A DNA stretch of 64,000 bases from an uncultured Gammaproteobacteria bacterium. Its GTDB lineage: Bacteria > Patescibacteriota > Patescibacteriia > UBA1558 > GWA2-36-10. The notes under the pieces were generated by a model. It was given only the letters and a program-made list of their open reading frames with translations. It had not been told where the DNA came from and searched no databases. Numbering within the stretch: position 1 is the first letter of the stretch; every line of letters begins with the position of its first letter. The DNA lies in the NCBI GenBank assembly GCA_964633905.1, contig CAZWIT010000003.1, positions 67,193 to 131,192 on the forward strand, in the 5' to 3' direction. A program made the translations under genes and the position numbers. Below are positions 8,919 through 18,619 of the stretch, piece after piece.

Positions 8919-9848
8919 CTAAAGCCACTTTTTCTTATAAAAAATAAAGAGAAAAACACCGACTGCTACTACTGATATGCCCAAGACATAAACAAAAGCT
9001 AAGCTGTGATTAGCCAGAGGCAAGGACACATTCATGCCAAATAAACTAGCAATAATAGTCGGAATAGTCATGATAATCGTAAAAGCAGTTAAAAACTGGA
9101 TGACTTTATTTAATTTGTTGGTAAATAAAATTTGGTAAGAGTCCCTTAAACTCTTAATGCTCTTTAAATTGACTTGGCAAATCTCTACTGACTGCCTAAT
9201 ACTAATAATCATATCATTTAACAAATCCTGATCCTCTTCATAAAGCGGTAAATAGTTACCAGCCGCTATATTTTCAAAAACACTGCGCATTGGTATCAAG
9301 GCCGAAACATATTGATTAAGAATATCTTCAAATTTAATTAATTCGTTAATATCAGAGTCCTGAATGTTTTCTATTTTTTTCTTTTGGGAGGCAACTTGGT
9401 TATTTACTTCGCGTACCCTAGAAGTGAAACGTTGAGAAATTTTAAGCAAAATATAAACTAATAATTTAGCTTTTTGCGTAGTAGCAATTGATAGACTATT
9501 TTTAAGAATATCCTTGATTACTTTGTCTTCAAACAAGGCTAAGCTAATAAAATATTTTTCGGTAATAATAAAGGTCAAAGGCGTGGTATGAATAATGTCT
9601 TTATCGCTAATTTGCTCCCTCGGAATACGGACAAAGACTAACAAGGTTTTTTCTTGGCGTTCAGTGCGAGGCAATTCATGCAAATCCAAAACATCTTGTA
9701 AATCTAGTAAATCCAAATCGGCCATATTAGCCAATTTTTCTAAATCATCATGCTCAAGATGACTAGCATTAATCCAAGCGCCGTCACGAACCTGATCAAG
9801 CTGTTCGATGCGACTACCTTTAGCAGTTTTAAAATAGATATTTAACAT
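8919..9848 (-). CDS. corA: CorA-family Mg2+/Co2+ transporter
   Basis: C-terminal two TM helices with GMN motif (SLFGMNVSLP). Length and acidic N-domain are typical. Confidence 0.8.
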   Translation of the reverse strand: MLNIYFKTAKGSRIEQLDQVRDGAWINASHLEHDDLEKLANMADLDLLDLQDVLDLHELPRTERQEKTLLVFVRIPREQISDKDIIHTTPLTFIITEKYFISLALFEDKVIKDILKNSLSIATTQKAKLLVYILLKISQRFTSRVREVNNQVASQKKKIENIQDSDINELIKFEDILNQYVSALIPMRSVFENIAAGNYLPLYEEDQDLLNDMIISIRQSVEICQVNLKSIKSLRDSYQILFTNKLNKVIQFLTAFTIIMTIPTIIASLFGMNVSLPLANHSLAFVYVLGISVVAVGVFLFIFYKKKWL

Positions 9849-9900
9849 AGCTATATTATAACAAAAATTTAACTTATTAACGAGCCTATAAATTACCTAA

Positions 9901-10458
9901 CTAACTGTTTAGAAATTTTTCTTTTAGAAAACCTAAAAAATCATCCATTTCCTTTCTGGATTTTTCCAAAATTTCTGCTTGATTAATCATGTTTTGTTTT
10001 TCTTCTCGGCTCATATTATTATTTAATTGATTAGTTATTCTGAAGGCTCCAAAAATACCAATTGGTTCAATAACTATTCTATAAATTGAGTTTATCTCTC
10101 TATTTTTATAAAATTCCTCAAGTAAGGCTAGGATTTTTTCCTGATATTTTTCGTTGATATTTCGCCACTCTGCTTGTTTTTTTTCATCTTCTTCCCAACC
10201 CTCTGGCGCAGGAGCACATATGCCTACTCTAGGAAATAAAAATAATCTACCCTCTTCTTCGTTGGTCAAATGACCATAACAAGAGTCATCTGTTGGGAAA
10301 TCATAGGCCATAATGGTAGCAACACCATCTTTAATTCCTTCGTCAATTCCTAAACCTAAACCATCCCCTATTCCATCAACTTGCAATCGGAAGTCTTCCA
10401 GTTTTTTTTGTTTTTTATTTTTACCATCAATTTTAGGAATATTATTTTCAAAATCCAT
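9901..10458 (-). CDS. Hypothetical protein
   Basis: 185-aa ORF, no recognisable motif. Confidence 0.45.
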   Translation of the reverse strand: MDFENNIPKIDGKNKKQKKLEDFRLQVDGIGDGLGLGIDEGIKDGVATIMAYDFPTDDSCYGHLTNEEEGRLFLFPRVGICAPAPEGWEEDEKKQAEWRNINEKYQEKILALLEEFYKNREINSIYRIVIEPIGIFGAFRITNQLNNNMSREEKQNMINQAEILEKSRKEMDDFLGFLKEKFLNS

Positions 10459-10469
10459 ATGTTTATATT

Positions 10470-12002
10470 TTAAAATTTAAAAATTGTTTGGGCTCGATCT
10501 GGGCCGACTGAAATAATTTCTATTTTACCGCCGGTATACTGTTCTATAAAATTTACAATCGTTTTAATTGCCTCGGGCAAAGCCTCGTAGTCTTCAATAT
10601 TAGAAATGGCGGTTTGCCAACCAGGAAATTCTCGGTAAACTGGTTCACACTGATAAAGAATTTCTGAGAATCTAGGGAAAAAATCTATTTGCTGACCAGT
10701 TTTTAATTCCTTGCCAGCATAAAAAATATCAGGGCCTAAATATTTATAAGCTATGGCTAATTTAATTTTGGCAAACTTATCTAAAACATCTACCTTAGTA
10801 AGTACCAAACTATGGCCATTGTATTGCATAGCATATTTTAAGGCCACTAAATCCAACCAACCATTACGTCGCGTCCGACCAGTAGTAGCACCATATTCAT
10901 CGCCAATTAAGCGGACTGCAATGCCTAATTTAAATTGATCATCGCCTTTAATATATTCCTCAATCTTATTTAAATGCTCTGCTTTTTCTTGATTCTTGCT
11001 AATACCCTGTGAGCAATAATCTTCACTTAACTTAGCCCCAAATTCTGTAGGAAAAGGGCCGTTGCCAACTCTGGTCATATAAAAAGCTTTAGCAATACCA
11101 AAAACATGATCCACTTGATTTTCTCTTAAAGCTGCGCCTCTGGCTAAACCGTCTATTGTACAATCTGATGAAGTTTGAAATTTAGTGGTACCAAAATCAA
11201 TGGAAAGCAAACTTCCTTGTGCGCCTTCTAGTAAAATCTTTTTCTTGGCACTTAAAGACTCTTGGACGAAATTTTCTAGATCAATAATATAATTTTTAAG
11301 TTTAAAAGCGAATTCACCTGTGTATTTTTCAACAATGGCTTCAATATCCAAAATAGTTTCCTGATTAAAATATACTCCCCCGCCTAAATGTGGATGAGCT
11401 AAAATTTCCTTGGCAACTGTTTTGTCTAAACCAGCAAGAATACTTTGTTTAGTGGCTAGATATTTAGTTAATTTATCCCGAAATAAATCTTTATTAAAGA
11501 TATCATTTAAAAATAAAGAATGCCGAGCTGTATAGTCAGTATAAAGAGGCCCAATACCGCGACCAGTTGTGCCAATTTGCTGAGCCTTATCGCCAATCCG
11601 ATCTATCAAAATATGATAAGGCAAGACTAAAGGCGCCTGATGACTAATTTTTAAATTATTAATCTCAATGCCAGCGCTTTGCAAAATATTTAGTTCATCA
11701 ATTACTGCCTGTGGATCAAAGGCGACTCCTCTGCCGATAATATTAAGCTTGCCTTTGGCATCGTGTAAAATACCAGAAGGCAAAAGATGAAAAATATGCT
11801 TTTGTCCATTTACCACTATCGTGTGTCCGGCGTTAGCACCACCAGTGCCACGGATAATAATGTCAGCCCAAGTAGCCAGCAAATCCACAAACTTACCTTT
11901 GCCCGTATCACCCCACTGGTTACAAACAACTGCTACACAATTTTTATTCTCCAAAAATTTATTTAGTAAATCTTGACGCATAATATTTTTATCAATAATC
12001 AA
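10470..12002 (-). CDS. purA: Adenylosuccinate synthetase (long form with insertions)
   Basis: QWGDTGKGK P-loop, GHTIV, TTGRGIGP and the GWLD region. The track start is TTG at 12002; the ATG 21 nt downstream (MRQDLL...) is an alternative start. Confidence 0.85.
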   Translation of the reverse strand: MIIDKNIMRQDLLNKFLENKNCVAVVCNQWGDTGKGKFVDLLATWADIIIRGTGGANAGHTIVVNGQKHIFHLLPSGILHDAKGKLNIIGRGVAFDPQAVIDELNILQSAGIEINNLKISHQAPLVLPYHILIDRIGDKAQQIGTTGRGIGPLYTDYTARHSLFLNDIFNKDLFRDKLTKYLATKQSILAGLDKTVAKEILAHPHLGGGVYFNQETILDIEAIVEKYTGEFAFKLKNYIIDLENFVQESLSAKKKILLEGAQGSLLSIDFGTTKFQTSSDCTIDGLARGAALRENQVDHVFGIAKAFYMTRVGNGPFPTEFGAKLSEDYCSQGISKNQEKAEHLNKIEEYIKGDDQFKLGIAVRLIGDEYGATTGRTRRNGWLDLVALKYAMQYNGHSLVLTKVDVLDKFAKIKLAIAYKYLGPDIFYAGKELKTGQQIDFFPRFSEILYQCEPVYREFPGWQTAISNIEDYEALPEAIKTIVNFIEQYTGGKIEIISVGPDRAQTIFKF

Positions 12003-12076
12003 CTTAAGTAGTATAACAAATAATTAAATAAAAAACAGCCCTAATTTTGCCTAAGAAACATTATCCACAAGCTACC

Positions 12077-12105
12077 TTGGCTCTTTTTTAAGTTTGCGCT
12101 ATAAT
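12077..12105 (+). promoter_or_regulatory. Near-consensus sigma70 promoter TTGGCT-17-TATAAT driving a short terminated transcript
   Basis: -35 at 12077-12082, -10 at 12100-12105 with a 17-nt spacer. No upstream plus-strand gene. Confidence 0.45.
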
Positions 12106-12146
12106 ATTTAAGATGTATAAAAAAATACGACATAGTCGCTTGCATC

Positions 12147-12228
12147 AAAAGCCTAATACTGGGCTTTTATTTTTTAAAAATCTATTTTACATTCTCACCC
12201 GCCAGTAGCGGGTTATTTTTTAATTTTT
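12147..12228 (+). terminator. Two tandem intrinsic terminators (AAAGCC-taatact-GGGCTTTTATTTTTT and ACCCGC-cagta-GCGGGTTATTTTTTAATTTTTT)
   Basis: Two GC stems each followed by T-runs, 30-110 nt downstream of the 12077 promoter and upstream of the SD+GTG of ORF 12268. Confidence 0.5.
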
Positions 12229-12267
12229 TATTAAAGTCACATAAACCCAAACAAAGGAGCTAAAGTC

Positions 12268-12483
12268 GTGAAACAAGTCGTTCTTTTCACTCGCCAAGTA
12301 ACTTTAGGTAATTTTATCTTTAAAGCCGGCCAAAGCTATACCTTTATCATTATCCGTCGACGCCGCAACCAGTGGCTCTGCTACCAAGGAAATCTACTGA
12401 TTACTCTCAGCTATTTCGCTACTATGTTTACTGATCAAAAATATGCCCAGTGGATCGACGATGACAATGCTCAAGTTGCCTAA
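12268..12483 (+). CDS. Hypothetical small protein (71 aa) with AAGGAG SD and GTG start; coding status uncertain
   Basis: SD AAGGAGctaaagtcGTG. The ORF is GC-enriched relative to its surroundings and is followed by a terminator hairpin (12487-12520). The RRRRNQW low-complexity stretch makes a structured RNA a possible alternative. Confidence 0.3.
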   Translation: MKQVVLFTRQVTLGNFIFKAGQSYTFIIIRRRRNQWLCYQGNLLITLSYFATMFTDQKYAQWIDDDNAQVA

Positions 12484-12521
12484 AGCACCACAGGCCACCA
12501 AATTCGGCGGCCTGTTTTCTA

Positions 12522-12719
12522 TTAATACAACCCCGAAGCAGTTAAGGCGCTCCAAAGACTAGGGAAGACAAAAATCAAGCTTAATAAAGGTAGCACAAAA
12601 AACACTAAACTTAAAATAAAAGTCCACATAAAATACTTACGCATCTTTTCAACTGACTTATACATTAAATCTATTTTAATTTCTTGTTCTTGAAGCTTTT
12701 TTAAAATTTCTGGATCCAT
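12522..12719 (-). CDS. Small membrane protein (tail-anchored)
   Basis: 65-aa ORF with a hydrophobic C-terminus. Confidence 0.4.
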   Translation of the reverse strand: MDPEILKKLQEQEIKIDLMYKSVEKMRKYFMWTFILSLVFFVLPLLSLIFVFPSLWSALTASGLY

Positions 12720-12729
12720 TTTTTTACTA

Positions 12730-13125
12730 TTATATTTTTAAAATAAAATCAAAGACAATACCTATCAACAAAGCCAGCCCAGAGGAAATAAAAATAACAT
12801 AATTATTCCACTTTTCTTTGGAAGTAACTAGAGTTTCCAAAATATAAGCTAAAGCCTGATGATCTGATTCATTTAAATTTTCAGGATGATCAAGCTTTTC
12901 CCGTAAACGATGCTCCACAATGACACGGGAACGTTTTTTGGCAATATCAAAACGATGAATATAATAAATGATAAAGCAGATTGTGCCTAAATACCAAGAA
13001 AATTTAACCCAAATATTACTATAAAAATTTAATACTATAATAGCTCGATAAGCTAGAGTAGCAGTAATCCCAATCCAAAAATAAAGGAGCCTAACTGCTT
13101 TAGAATGTGTTTTTAAATTTTCCAT
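12730..13125 (-). CDS. Membrane protein, hypothetical (3 TM)
   Basis: 131-aa ORF with TM helices. Confidence 0.45.
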   Translation of the reverse strand: MENLKTHSKAVRLLYFWIGITATLAYRAIIVLNFYSNIWVKFSWYLGTICFIIYYIHRFDIAKKRSRVIVEHRLREKLDHPENLNESDHQALAYILETLVTSKEKWNNYVIFISSGLALLIGIVFDFILKI

Positions 13126-13224
13126 ATATAAATAATTTTAAATTAATTAGTCTGCTATAAGTATATCAAAAAACCACTCCTTTGGGGAATGATTTTACTA
13201 AGATAATAAATACCAATATAATCT

Positions 13225-13341
13225 TTATTTATGCTTTTTTTTAGCCTTAGCTTCAAGCATTAATCTCTTTATTTCTAATCTCTTTTTAGTTTTATGAGAA
13301 TGTGATTTTTTCCTTGGACCAACTGAAAGTCTTTTTGCCAT
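13225..13341 (-). CDS. Small basic protein (38 aa), possibly ribosomal (bL32/bL34-like); not in the ORF track
   Basis: ATG at 13341 (minus), TAA at 13225-13227. MAKRLSVGPRKKSHSHKTKKRLEIKRLMLEAKAKKKHK is extremely Lys/Arg-rich and lies in an otherwise empty 340-bp gap. Confidence 0.35.
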   Translation of the reverse strand: MAKRLSVGPRKKSHSHKTKKRLEIKRLMLEAKAKKKHK

Positions 13342-13470
13342 ATAGATATATTAATTAATATCCGTTATTATAACTTATTTTTAGAATAAAATCAATACTA
13401 AATTAAAATTAAGCAAAAAAACTAATTCTAGAAGCAACGCTGATAACTGCTATTAAAAATAATTATAAAA

Positions 13471-14250
13471 TTAATCACGATCACCTTCGTTATTATCACT
13501 GCGACCTGATCTTCTTTCTTCAACTTTCTGTTTTGAGCGCTCATTTCTTTTTTTACCATTATCTCGCATTTCCTGTTTGACCTCCCTTTCTAGTTCCTCA
13601 TTATATTGGCGAATTTTTTCTTTTGCCTCATCAACCTTAGCTGACACTTTTTGATCTTCATCTTTGGTAATCTCTTCAATATGCTCCAAATATTTAATCA
13701 TTTCTTCATTTTGTTGCTTAATTTTTTGCTTAGCTTCTTTGGCTTTATCTTTATTTTCTATTTTTTTAGAAGTTTTGACAGCTGAATCAACATTATCTAC
13801 AGCTGCATTAATAGTCTCCTGGATATTATTACTAATCACTGCGCTATCTTGATTAACTTTATTTTCGATATTATCTTGAGCTAAATTAATAGCCTCTTTT
13901 AAGCGACGTTCTGATAATTTATTCAAAGTATCGACTTGCGATTTTTTAGTAAAGGATAATTGTTGCTCAACATTTTCAATTGTTTTCTTTAAGGGGTAAA
14001 AAGTGTCCCCAGTAGTAATATGATCATTACTAGCAGCATAAACAGCTGTGCTACCCAATACTACCAATATCAATAGGGACACGTAAGAAATCCTAGCTAG
14101 TAGAGAGTGCGGGTGAAAAAGTGCCTGCTTTGATTTTTGTAATCTGCTTAAAAATAAAAAACGATAGATTTTAAATTTAATTTTAAAATCAGCCTGACGA
14201 CTTAATTTGGCTTTGGGTAGATTAAATAAATCTTTTTCTAAATTATCCAT
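13471..14250 (-). CDS. Membrane-anchored coiled-coil protein, putative anti-sigma factor
   Basis: Overlaps the upstream ECF sigma by 8 bp. Single TM (ISYVSLLILVVLGSTAVYAA) then a K/E-rich coiled coil. Confidence 0.5.
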   Translation of the reverse strand: MDNLEKDLFNLPKAKLSRQADFKIKFKIYRFLFLSRLQKSKQALFHPHSLLARISYVSLLILVVLGSTAVYAASNDHITTGDTFYPLKKTIENVEQQLSFTKKSQVDTLNKLSERRLKEAINLAQDNIENKVNQDSAVISNNIQETINAAVDNVDSAVKTSKKIENKDKAKEAKQKIKQQNEEMIKYLEHIEEITKDEDQKVSAKVDEAKEKIRQYNEELEREVKQEMRDNGKKRNERSKQKVEERRSGRSDNNEGDRD

Positions 14251-14752
14251 ATTTTTTATCTAACATTGATCTTAATTTGGCTAAACTACGACTCATTTTA
14301 GTACGAATTGCACCTTCTTCTTTGGCTAGTAGTTGTGCTATTTCTGAATTAGAGAGCTCATCTACAAAACGTAAAAGCAATATTTCCCTGTCACTCTGCT
14401 CCATTTGATTTATAATCTTCATTACTAGCTCTAACTCATAATTTATCTCTACCTTATGAGTATCCACTTGCGTGAGATACTGTTCTTCAAATAATTGAGT
14501 TTCTCTACCAGCAATGCGATAATGATTAACTAGATGATTATGAGCGATAGCAAATATCCATGACTGAAAAGACTTAGTTTCATCAAAACTATCAAAATTT
14601 TTTAAAGCTTTCAAAAATACCTCCGAAGTTAAGTCTTCAGCCAATTCACGGTTAAAATTTACTCTATACAAAAAATAAACAAAAATCTTATTCTTAAATT
14701 TGTCATAATAGCCTAAAAAATTGTCTTTATGATCACTCATAATAATATACAA
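14243..14752 (-). CDS. ECF-type RNA polymerase sigma-70 factor
   Basis: Region 2 (EVFLKALKNFDSFDETKSFQSWIFAIAHNHLVNHYR) and region 4 (LSNSEIAQLLAKEEGAIRTKMSRSLAKLR). Confidence 0.8.
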   Translation of the reverse strand: MYIIMSDHKDNFLGYYDKFKNKIFVYFLYRVNFNRELAEDLTSEVFLKALKNFDSFDETKSFQSWIFAIAHNHLVNHYRIAGRETQLFEEQYLTQVDTHKVEINYELELVMKIINQMEQSDREILLLRFVDELSNSEIAQLLAKEEGAIRTKMSRSLAKLRSMLDKKYG

Positions 14753-14907
14753 ACATTTGGCAATAATGTGTCAGCGATAAAGGCTATTATAGCAAAATGC
14801 CTTATTTTGTCTACTAATAATATACACTAAAATGGACTATTTGTAACAAAATTTAGCTTGCTTTGTATTAATTTTATAGACAAGCTAATTATTAAAAACA
14901 AAAGCTT

Positions 14908-16215
14908 ATGAAAAAAATATCAACTATATTAACAATCTTAAGTATATCAATACTTTCGATATTTTTGAGCAATAGCGCCAAAGCTAGCAGCTATACCCTT
15001 AGCCAGGTACAAAGCCATAACACGAGCACAGACTGTTGGACAATAGTAAATAACAAAGTCTACAATCTAACTAATTTTATTGCTCTGCACCCAGGCGGAT
15101 CTAGCGCTATTATCTCTTTATGTGGTACTGACGGCACAGCTGCTTTCACTACTCAACATTCAGGCAATACTACTGCTAATAATACTTTAGCTGATTTTTA
15201 TATTGGTGATCTAGCAGACACCACTATACCAACAACGCCTACTAATTTAAGCGCTACTCCCGTATCAGCTTCTCAAATAAACTTAAGCTGGTCAACTTCA
15301 ACTGATAATATTGCTGTTACTGGCTATGCTATTTTTAGAGATGGCTCTGAACTAGCCACTACCACTAATAATAATTTTAGTAATACCGGCTTAAACGCTT
15401 CTACCACTTATAGCTATACCGTCAAAGCTTTTGATGCGGCTGGTAATCGATCGGCTAGCTCTACTGCCGTGAGTGCTACTACTTTTGCTAGCTCTAGTGA
15501 TACAACTGCACCATCAACTCCAACTAATTTAAATGCTAATGTAATTTCCGCTACTCAAATAAACCTAAACTGGTCTACTTCGACTGATAATATTGCTGTT
15601 ACTGGTTATGCTGTTTTCCGTAATGGCACTGAAATTGCTAGTGTAACAACTAATAGCTTTAATAACGTTGGTCTAAGTGCATCCACAACTTATAGCTATA
15701 CTGTCAAAGCTTTTGATGCGGCTGGTAATCGATCCAATAATTCGAATACTGTTTCGGCCACTACTTTGTCCGCCCCCAGTAATGGCGATACTATTGCCCC
15801 TAGTGCCCCCACAAAATTAAAAGCCCATGTTGTTTCTTACCAACACGTTAATCTAAAATGGAAAAAATCTAAAGACAATGTCAAAGTAAAGGGTTACGCC
15901 ATATTTATGAATGGAAAACAAATTGCTACTGTAAAAAAAGACCATTATAACGTTATTCGTTTAACACCTGGCACTAACTACAGCTTTACCATCAGAGCCT
16001 TTGATGCGGCTGGCAATATGTCTGCTGACTCTAACACTATCACTGTTACTACCAAAATTAAAAAAGTAAAAGAAGTAAAGCTAGAGCACCGAGATTCTGA
16101 TGATAATCGTAATGAAAAAATATCAAAAATAAATGAATTAAAAAATAAAATTAATAATCAACTATCAAATATGAAAGTTGATCAAAAGAAAGACAAAAAA
16201 TCAAATAAAAAATAA
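14908..16215 (+). CDS. Secreted multidomain protein: cytochrome b5-like domain + three fibronectin type III repeats + Lys-rich tail
   Basis: Signal peptide, then SHNTSTDCWTIVNNKVYNLTNFIALHPGG (cyt b5 fold). Three ~90-aa repeats (LSWSTSTDNIAVTGYAIFRDG...YSYTVKAFDAAGNRS) are also visible as DNA-level tandem repeats. Confidence 0.7.
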   Translation: MKKISTILTILSISILSIFLSNSAKASSYTLSQVQSHNTSTDCWTIVNNKVYNLTNFIALHPGGSSAIISLCGTDGTAAFTTQHSGNTTANNTLADFYIGDLADTTIPTTPTNLSATPVSASQINLSWSTSTDNIAVTGYAIFRDGSELATTTNNNFSNTGLNASTTYSYTVKAFDAAGNRSASSTAVSATTFASSSDTTAPSTPTNLNANVISATQINLNWSTSTDNIAVTGYAVFRNGTEIASVTTNSFNNVGLSASTTYSYTVKAFDAAGNRSNNSNTVSATTLSAPSNGDTIAPSAPTKLKAHVVSYQHVNLKWKKSKDNVKVKGYAIFMNGKQIATVKKDHYNVIRLTPGTNYSFTIRAFDAAGNMSADSNTITVTTKIKKVKEVKLEHRDSDDNRNEKISKINELKNKINNQLSNMKVDQKKDKKSNKK

Positions 16216-16286
16216 AACTTAATATTACTCAAACTTATCCCCTAAAAAATCTCTCCTATTAAGGAGAGATTTTTATAAATTAAAAA

Positions 16287-16532
16287 TTAAAACCAACCAC
16301 TTTTATCAGCTGCTCTTTTATAGAGCCAATAATTATTATCTGTTTTATACAATAAAGTATAATTCTGCCCTTTGGCATCTTCGAATTCAGCTGAGCCTCT
16401 TGCTTTGGCTTGATCAAAAAAAACTTTAGCTTCTTTTTCCTGAATATCATATTCTAAATAATTAATGCCTGCTTCGGCATCATCCTCGTAAAATACCTTA
16501 TATCCGTCTAATTCTTTATTTTTCATAGACAT
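16287..16532 (-). CDS. Hypothetical small protein
   Basis: 81-aa ORF, no motif. Confidence 0.4.
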   Translation of the reverse strand: MSMKNKELDGYKVFYEDDAEAGINYLEYDIQEKEAKVFFDQAKARGSAEFEDAKGQNYTLLYKTDNNYWLYKRAADKSGWF

Positions 16533-16702
16533 AATATTAATAATTTAATATAGCAAATTAATTATACCAAAAAAACGCTTGCTTGCAGATAATACCTAGA
16601 TAGCCTCCTACCCTACTCAAAATCCAAGCAATAGTGTAAAATACAAAATACTAAAATTGAATAGTCCTTTATTCAATAAAGAATATTAATAATATTATAT
16701 AT

Positions 16703-18049
16703 ATGGAAGAAAATAATTTAATCAGCAAACCAATTCCTGCCTTGATTAGGCAAATTGCAATCCCTGCCAGCATTGGCTTCTTTTTTAATACCATGTATAA
16801 CGTGGTAGACACCTACTATGGCTCCATGATATCAACTCAAGCTGTAGCTGCTATGTCTTTATCCTTCCCTGTATTTTTTGTGATTATCGCTATTGGTTCA
16901 GGAATTTCTACTGGCGCCAGCGCTTTAATTTCTCATGCCCTAGGAGCTGGACAAAGAGAAGAAGCTAAAAAATATTTGAGTCAATCTATTTTATTTACCA
17001 TTGCTTTATCAATTATTCTAACTATTTTAGGTTGGTTAAGCGGCCCTTGGTTATTTACTCTATTAGGTGCTTCTGGCGAATATTTACAAATGGCCTTAAG
17101 CTATACCAATGTAATATTTGGCGGCGTTATTTTATTTGCTTTATCTTTTGTACTCAATGCTAGTCTCACTTCTCAGGGTGATACCAAAACTTTTCGTAAT
17201 TTTTTAATTTTTGGATTTTTCTTAAACTTACTTTTAGATCCTTGGTTTATGTTTGGTGGCTTTGGTATACCAAGCCTAGGTTTAGCTGGTTTAGCTTGGG
17301 CTACCTTATTTGTCCAATTATGCAGTGTGTCTTATATGGCCTACAAATCTATTAAAAGTGGCATTTTATGCAAAAACTGCTGGCACATGTTTAAGCCTGA
17401 AAAAAAATATCTATTTGACATAAGCAAGCAAGCATTTCCCGCTTCTCTTAACATGATGACTATGGCTTTGGGAATTTTTATTATCACTTATTTTATTTCC
17501 TCATTTGGCAAAACAGCCGTAGCTGCCTACGGAATTGCCACCAGAATTGATCAAATATTTCTACTACCAACCATTGGCTTGAATATAGCCAGTCTTACCT
17601 TGATTGGACAAAATAATGGTGCTAAAAAATACGACCGCGTCCAATTGGCATATAAAACAAATTTAAAATATGGCTTTTGGACAGTTTTAATAGGTATGAT
17701 TTTAGTATTATTATTGCCCAAATATTTAATGCAATTTTTTTCAAATGACAGCGAAGTAATTAATACCGGCGTTACTTATTTAAAAATTTCGGCTATCACC
17801 TATTTTACCTATATGATCTTGTCTATCTCTGTGTCTGCTTTACAAGGATTAAAAAAACCAAACTATGCGGTTTGGATTGGCCTGTATCGCCAACTCATTG
17901 CTCCTAGCATGATATTTTGGCTTTTAGCTAAAGAGCTAGGCTGGGGCTTAAATGGTATTTGGTGGGGTATATTTATAATCAATTGGTCAGCAGCGATTTT
18001 TACTTTTTTCTACACCAAACACTACTTAAAACACAAAATTAATTCCTAA
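16703..18049 (+). CDS. MATE-family multidrug/oligosaccharidyl-lipid/polysaccharide efflux transporter
   Basis: 12 TM helices, N-terminal IPASIGFFFNTMYNVVDTYYG motif typical of MATE (NorM-like). Confidence 0.8.
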   Translation: MEENNLISKPIPALIRQIAIPASIGFFFNTMYNVVDTYYGSMISTQAVAAMSLSFPVFFVIIAIGSGISTGASALISHALGAGQREEAKKYLSQSILFTIALSIILTILGWLSGPWLFTLLGASGEYLQMALSYTNVIFGGVILFALSFVLNASLTSQGDTKTFRNFLIFGFFLNLLLDPWFMFGGFGIPSLGLAGLAWATLFVQLCSVSYMAYKSIKSGILCKNCWHMFKPEKKYLFDISKQAFPASLNMMTMALGIFIITYFISSFGKTAVAAYGIATRIDQIFLLPTIGLNIASLTLIGQNNGAKKYDRVQLAYKTNLKYGFWTVLIGMILVLLLPKYLMQFFSNDSEVINTGVTYLKISAITYFTYMILSISVSALQGLKKPNYAVWIGLYRQLIAPSMIFWLLAKELGWGLNGIWWGIFIINWSAAIFTFFYTKHYLKHKINS

Positions 18050-18171
18050 AATATCTAAACAAAAACAGCCTCAAATTATTACCAGGCTGTTTTTGTTAAT
18101 TGTTAATCAAGGATAAATAATCTACATCTGCAAAAAGACCATTAGTTTATAAACTAAGTAGACATCAGTTA

Positions 18172-18603
18172 CTACCCCTTAAATTTTTTGCTAAACCAAA
18201 TAATATAAAATATAAACCCCCCAAAGCTAATAAAACGCGCCCAAGGCAGATCATAGATAGTTGATATAGCTAAAAAAACAAATATTAATAATCCCCCTAA
18301 AATTATTAAAAAAACGGATTTAGTATCTCCATCCCTATATTTTTTACTTAACATCTTGTTAATTTTAGGAAAAAATAAAAAATAAAAAATACTACCTATT
18401 AATCCCACAAAAAATAAAACGATACCCAATATACCTAGAAACCCCTCCCTGTCTGAACCTAATAAAATTCCTAAACCTACTATTAAAAAAATAGGCCCAA
18501 ATATTATTGGCAATAGATTATACAAAAACAACATAAACCAAGGAATATTTCTTCTATTCCCTTGTTCAATAATTTCTTCAATATTTTGTTCCATAATATT
18601 CAA
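18172..18603 (-). CDS. Membrane protein, hypothetical (4 TM)
   Basis: 143-aa hydrophobic ORF. Confidence 0.5.
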   Translation of the reverse strand: MNIMEQNIEEIIEQGNRRNIPWFMLFLYNLLPIIFGPIFLIVGLGILLGSDREGFLGILGIVLFFVGLIGSIFYFLFFPKINKMLSKKYRDGDTKSVFLIILGGLLIFVFLAISTIYDLPWARFISFGGFIFYIIWFSKKFKG

Positions 18604-18619
18604 TTTAATAATACCTCTA

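Noticed and set aside
12268-12520. SRP RNA, tmRNA or RNase P RNA in the GC-enriched segment after the tandem terminators
   Set aside because: I could not find the diagnostic conserved stretches (SRP domain IV GGAA-tetraloop helix, tmRNA 5'/3' ends, RNase P P4 AGGAAAGTCC). Left as an unresolved ORF/sRNA candidate rather than a named RNA.
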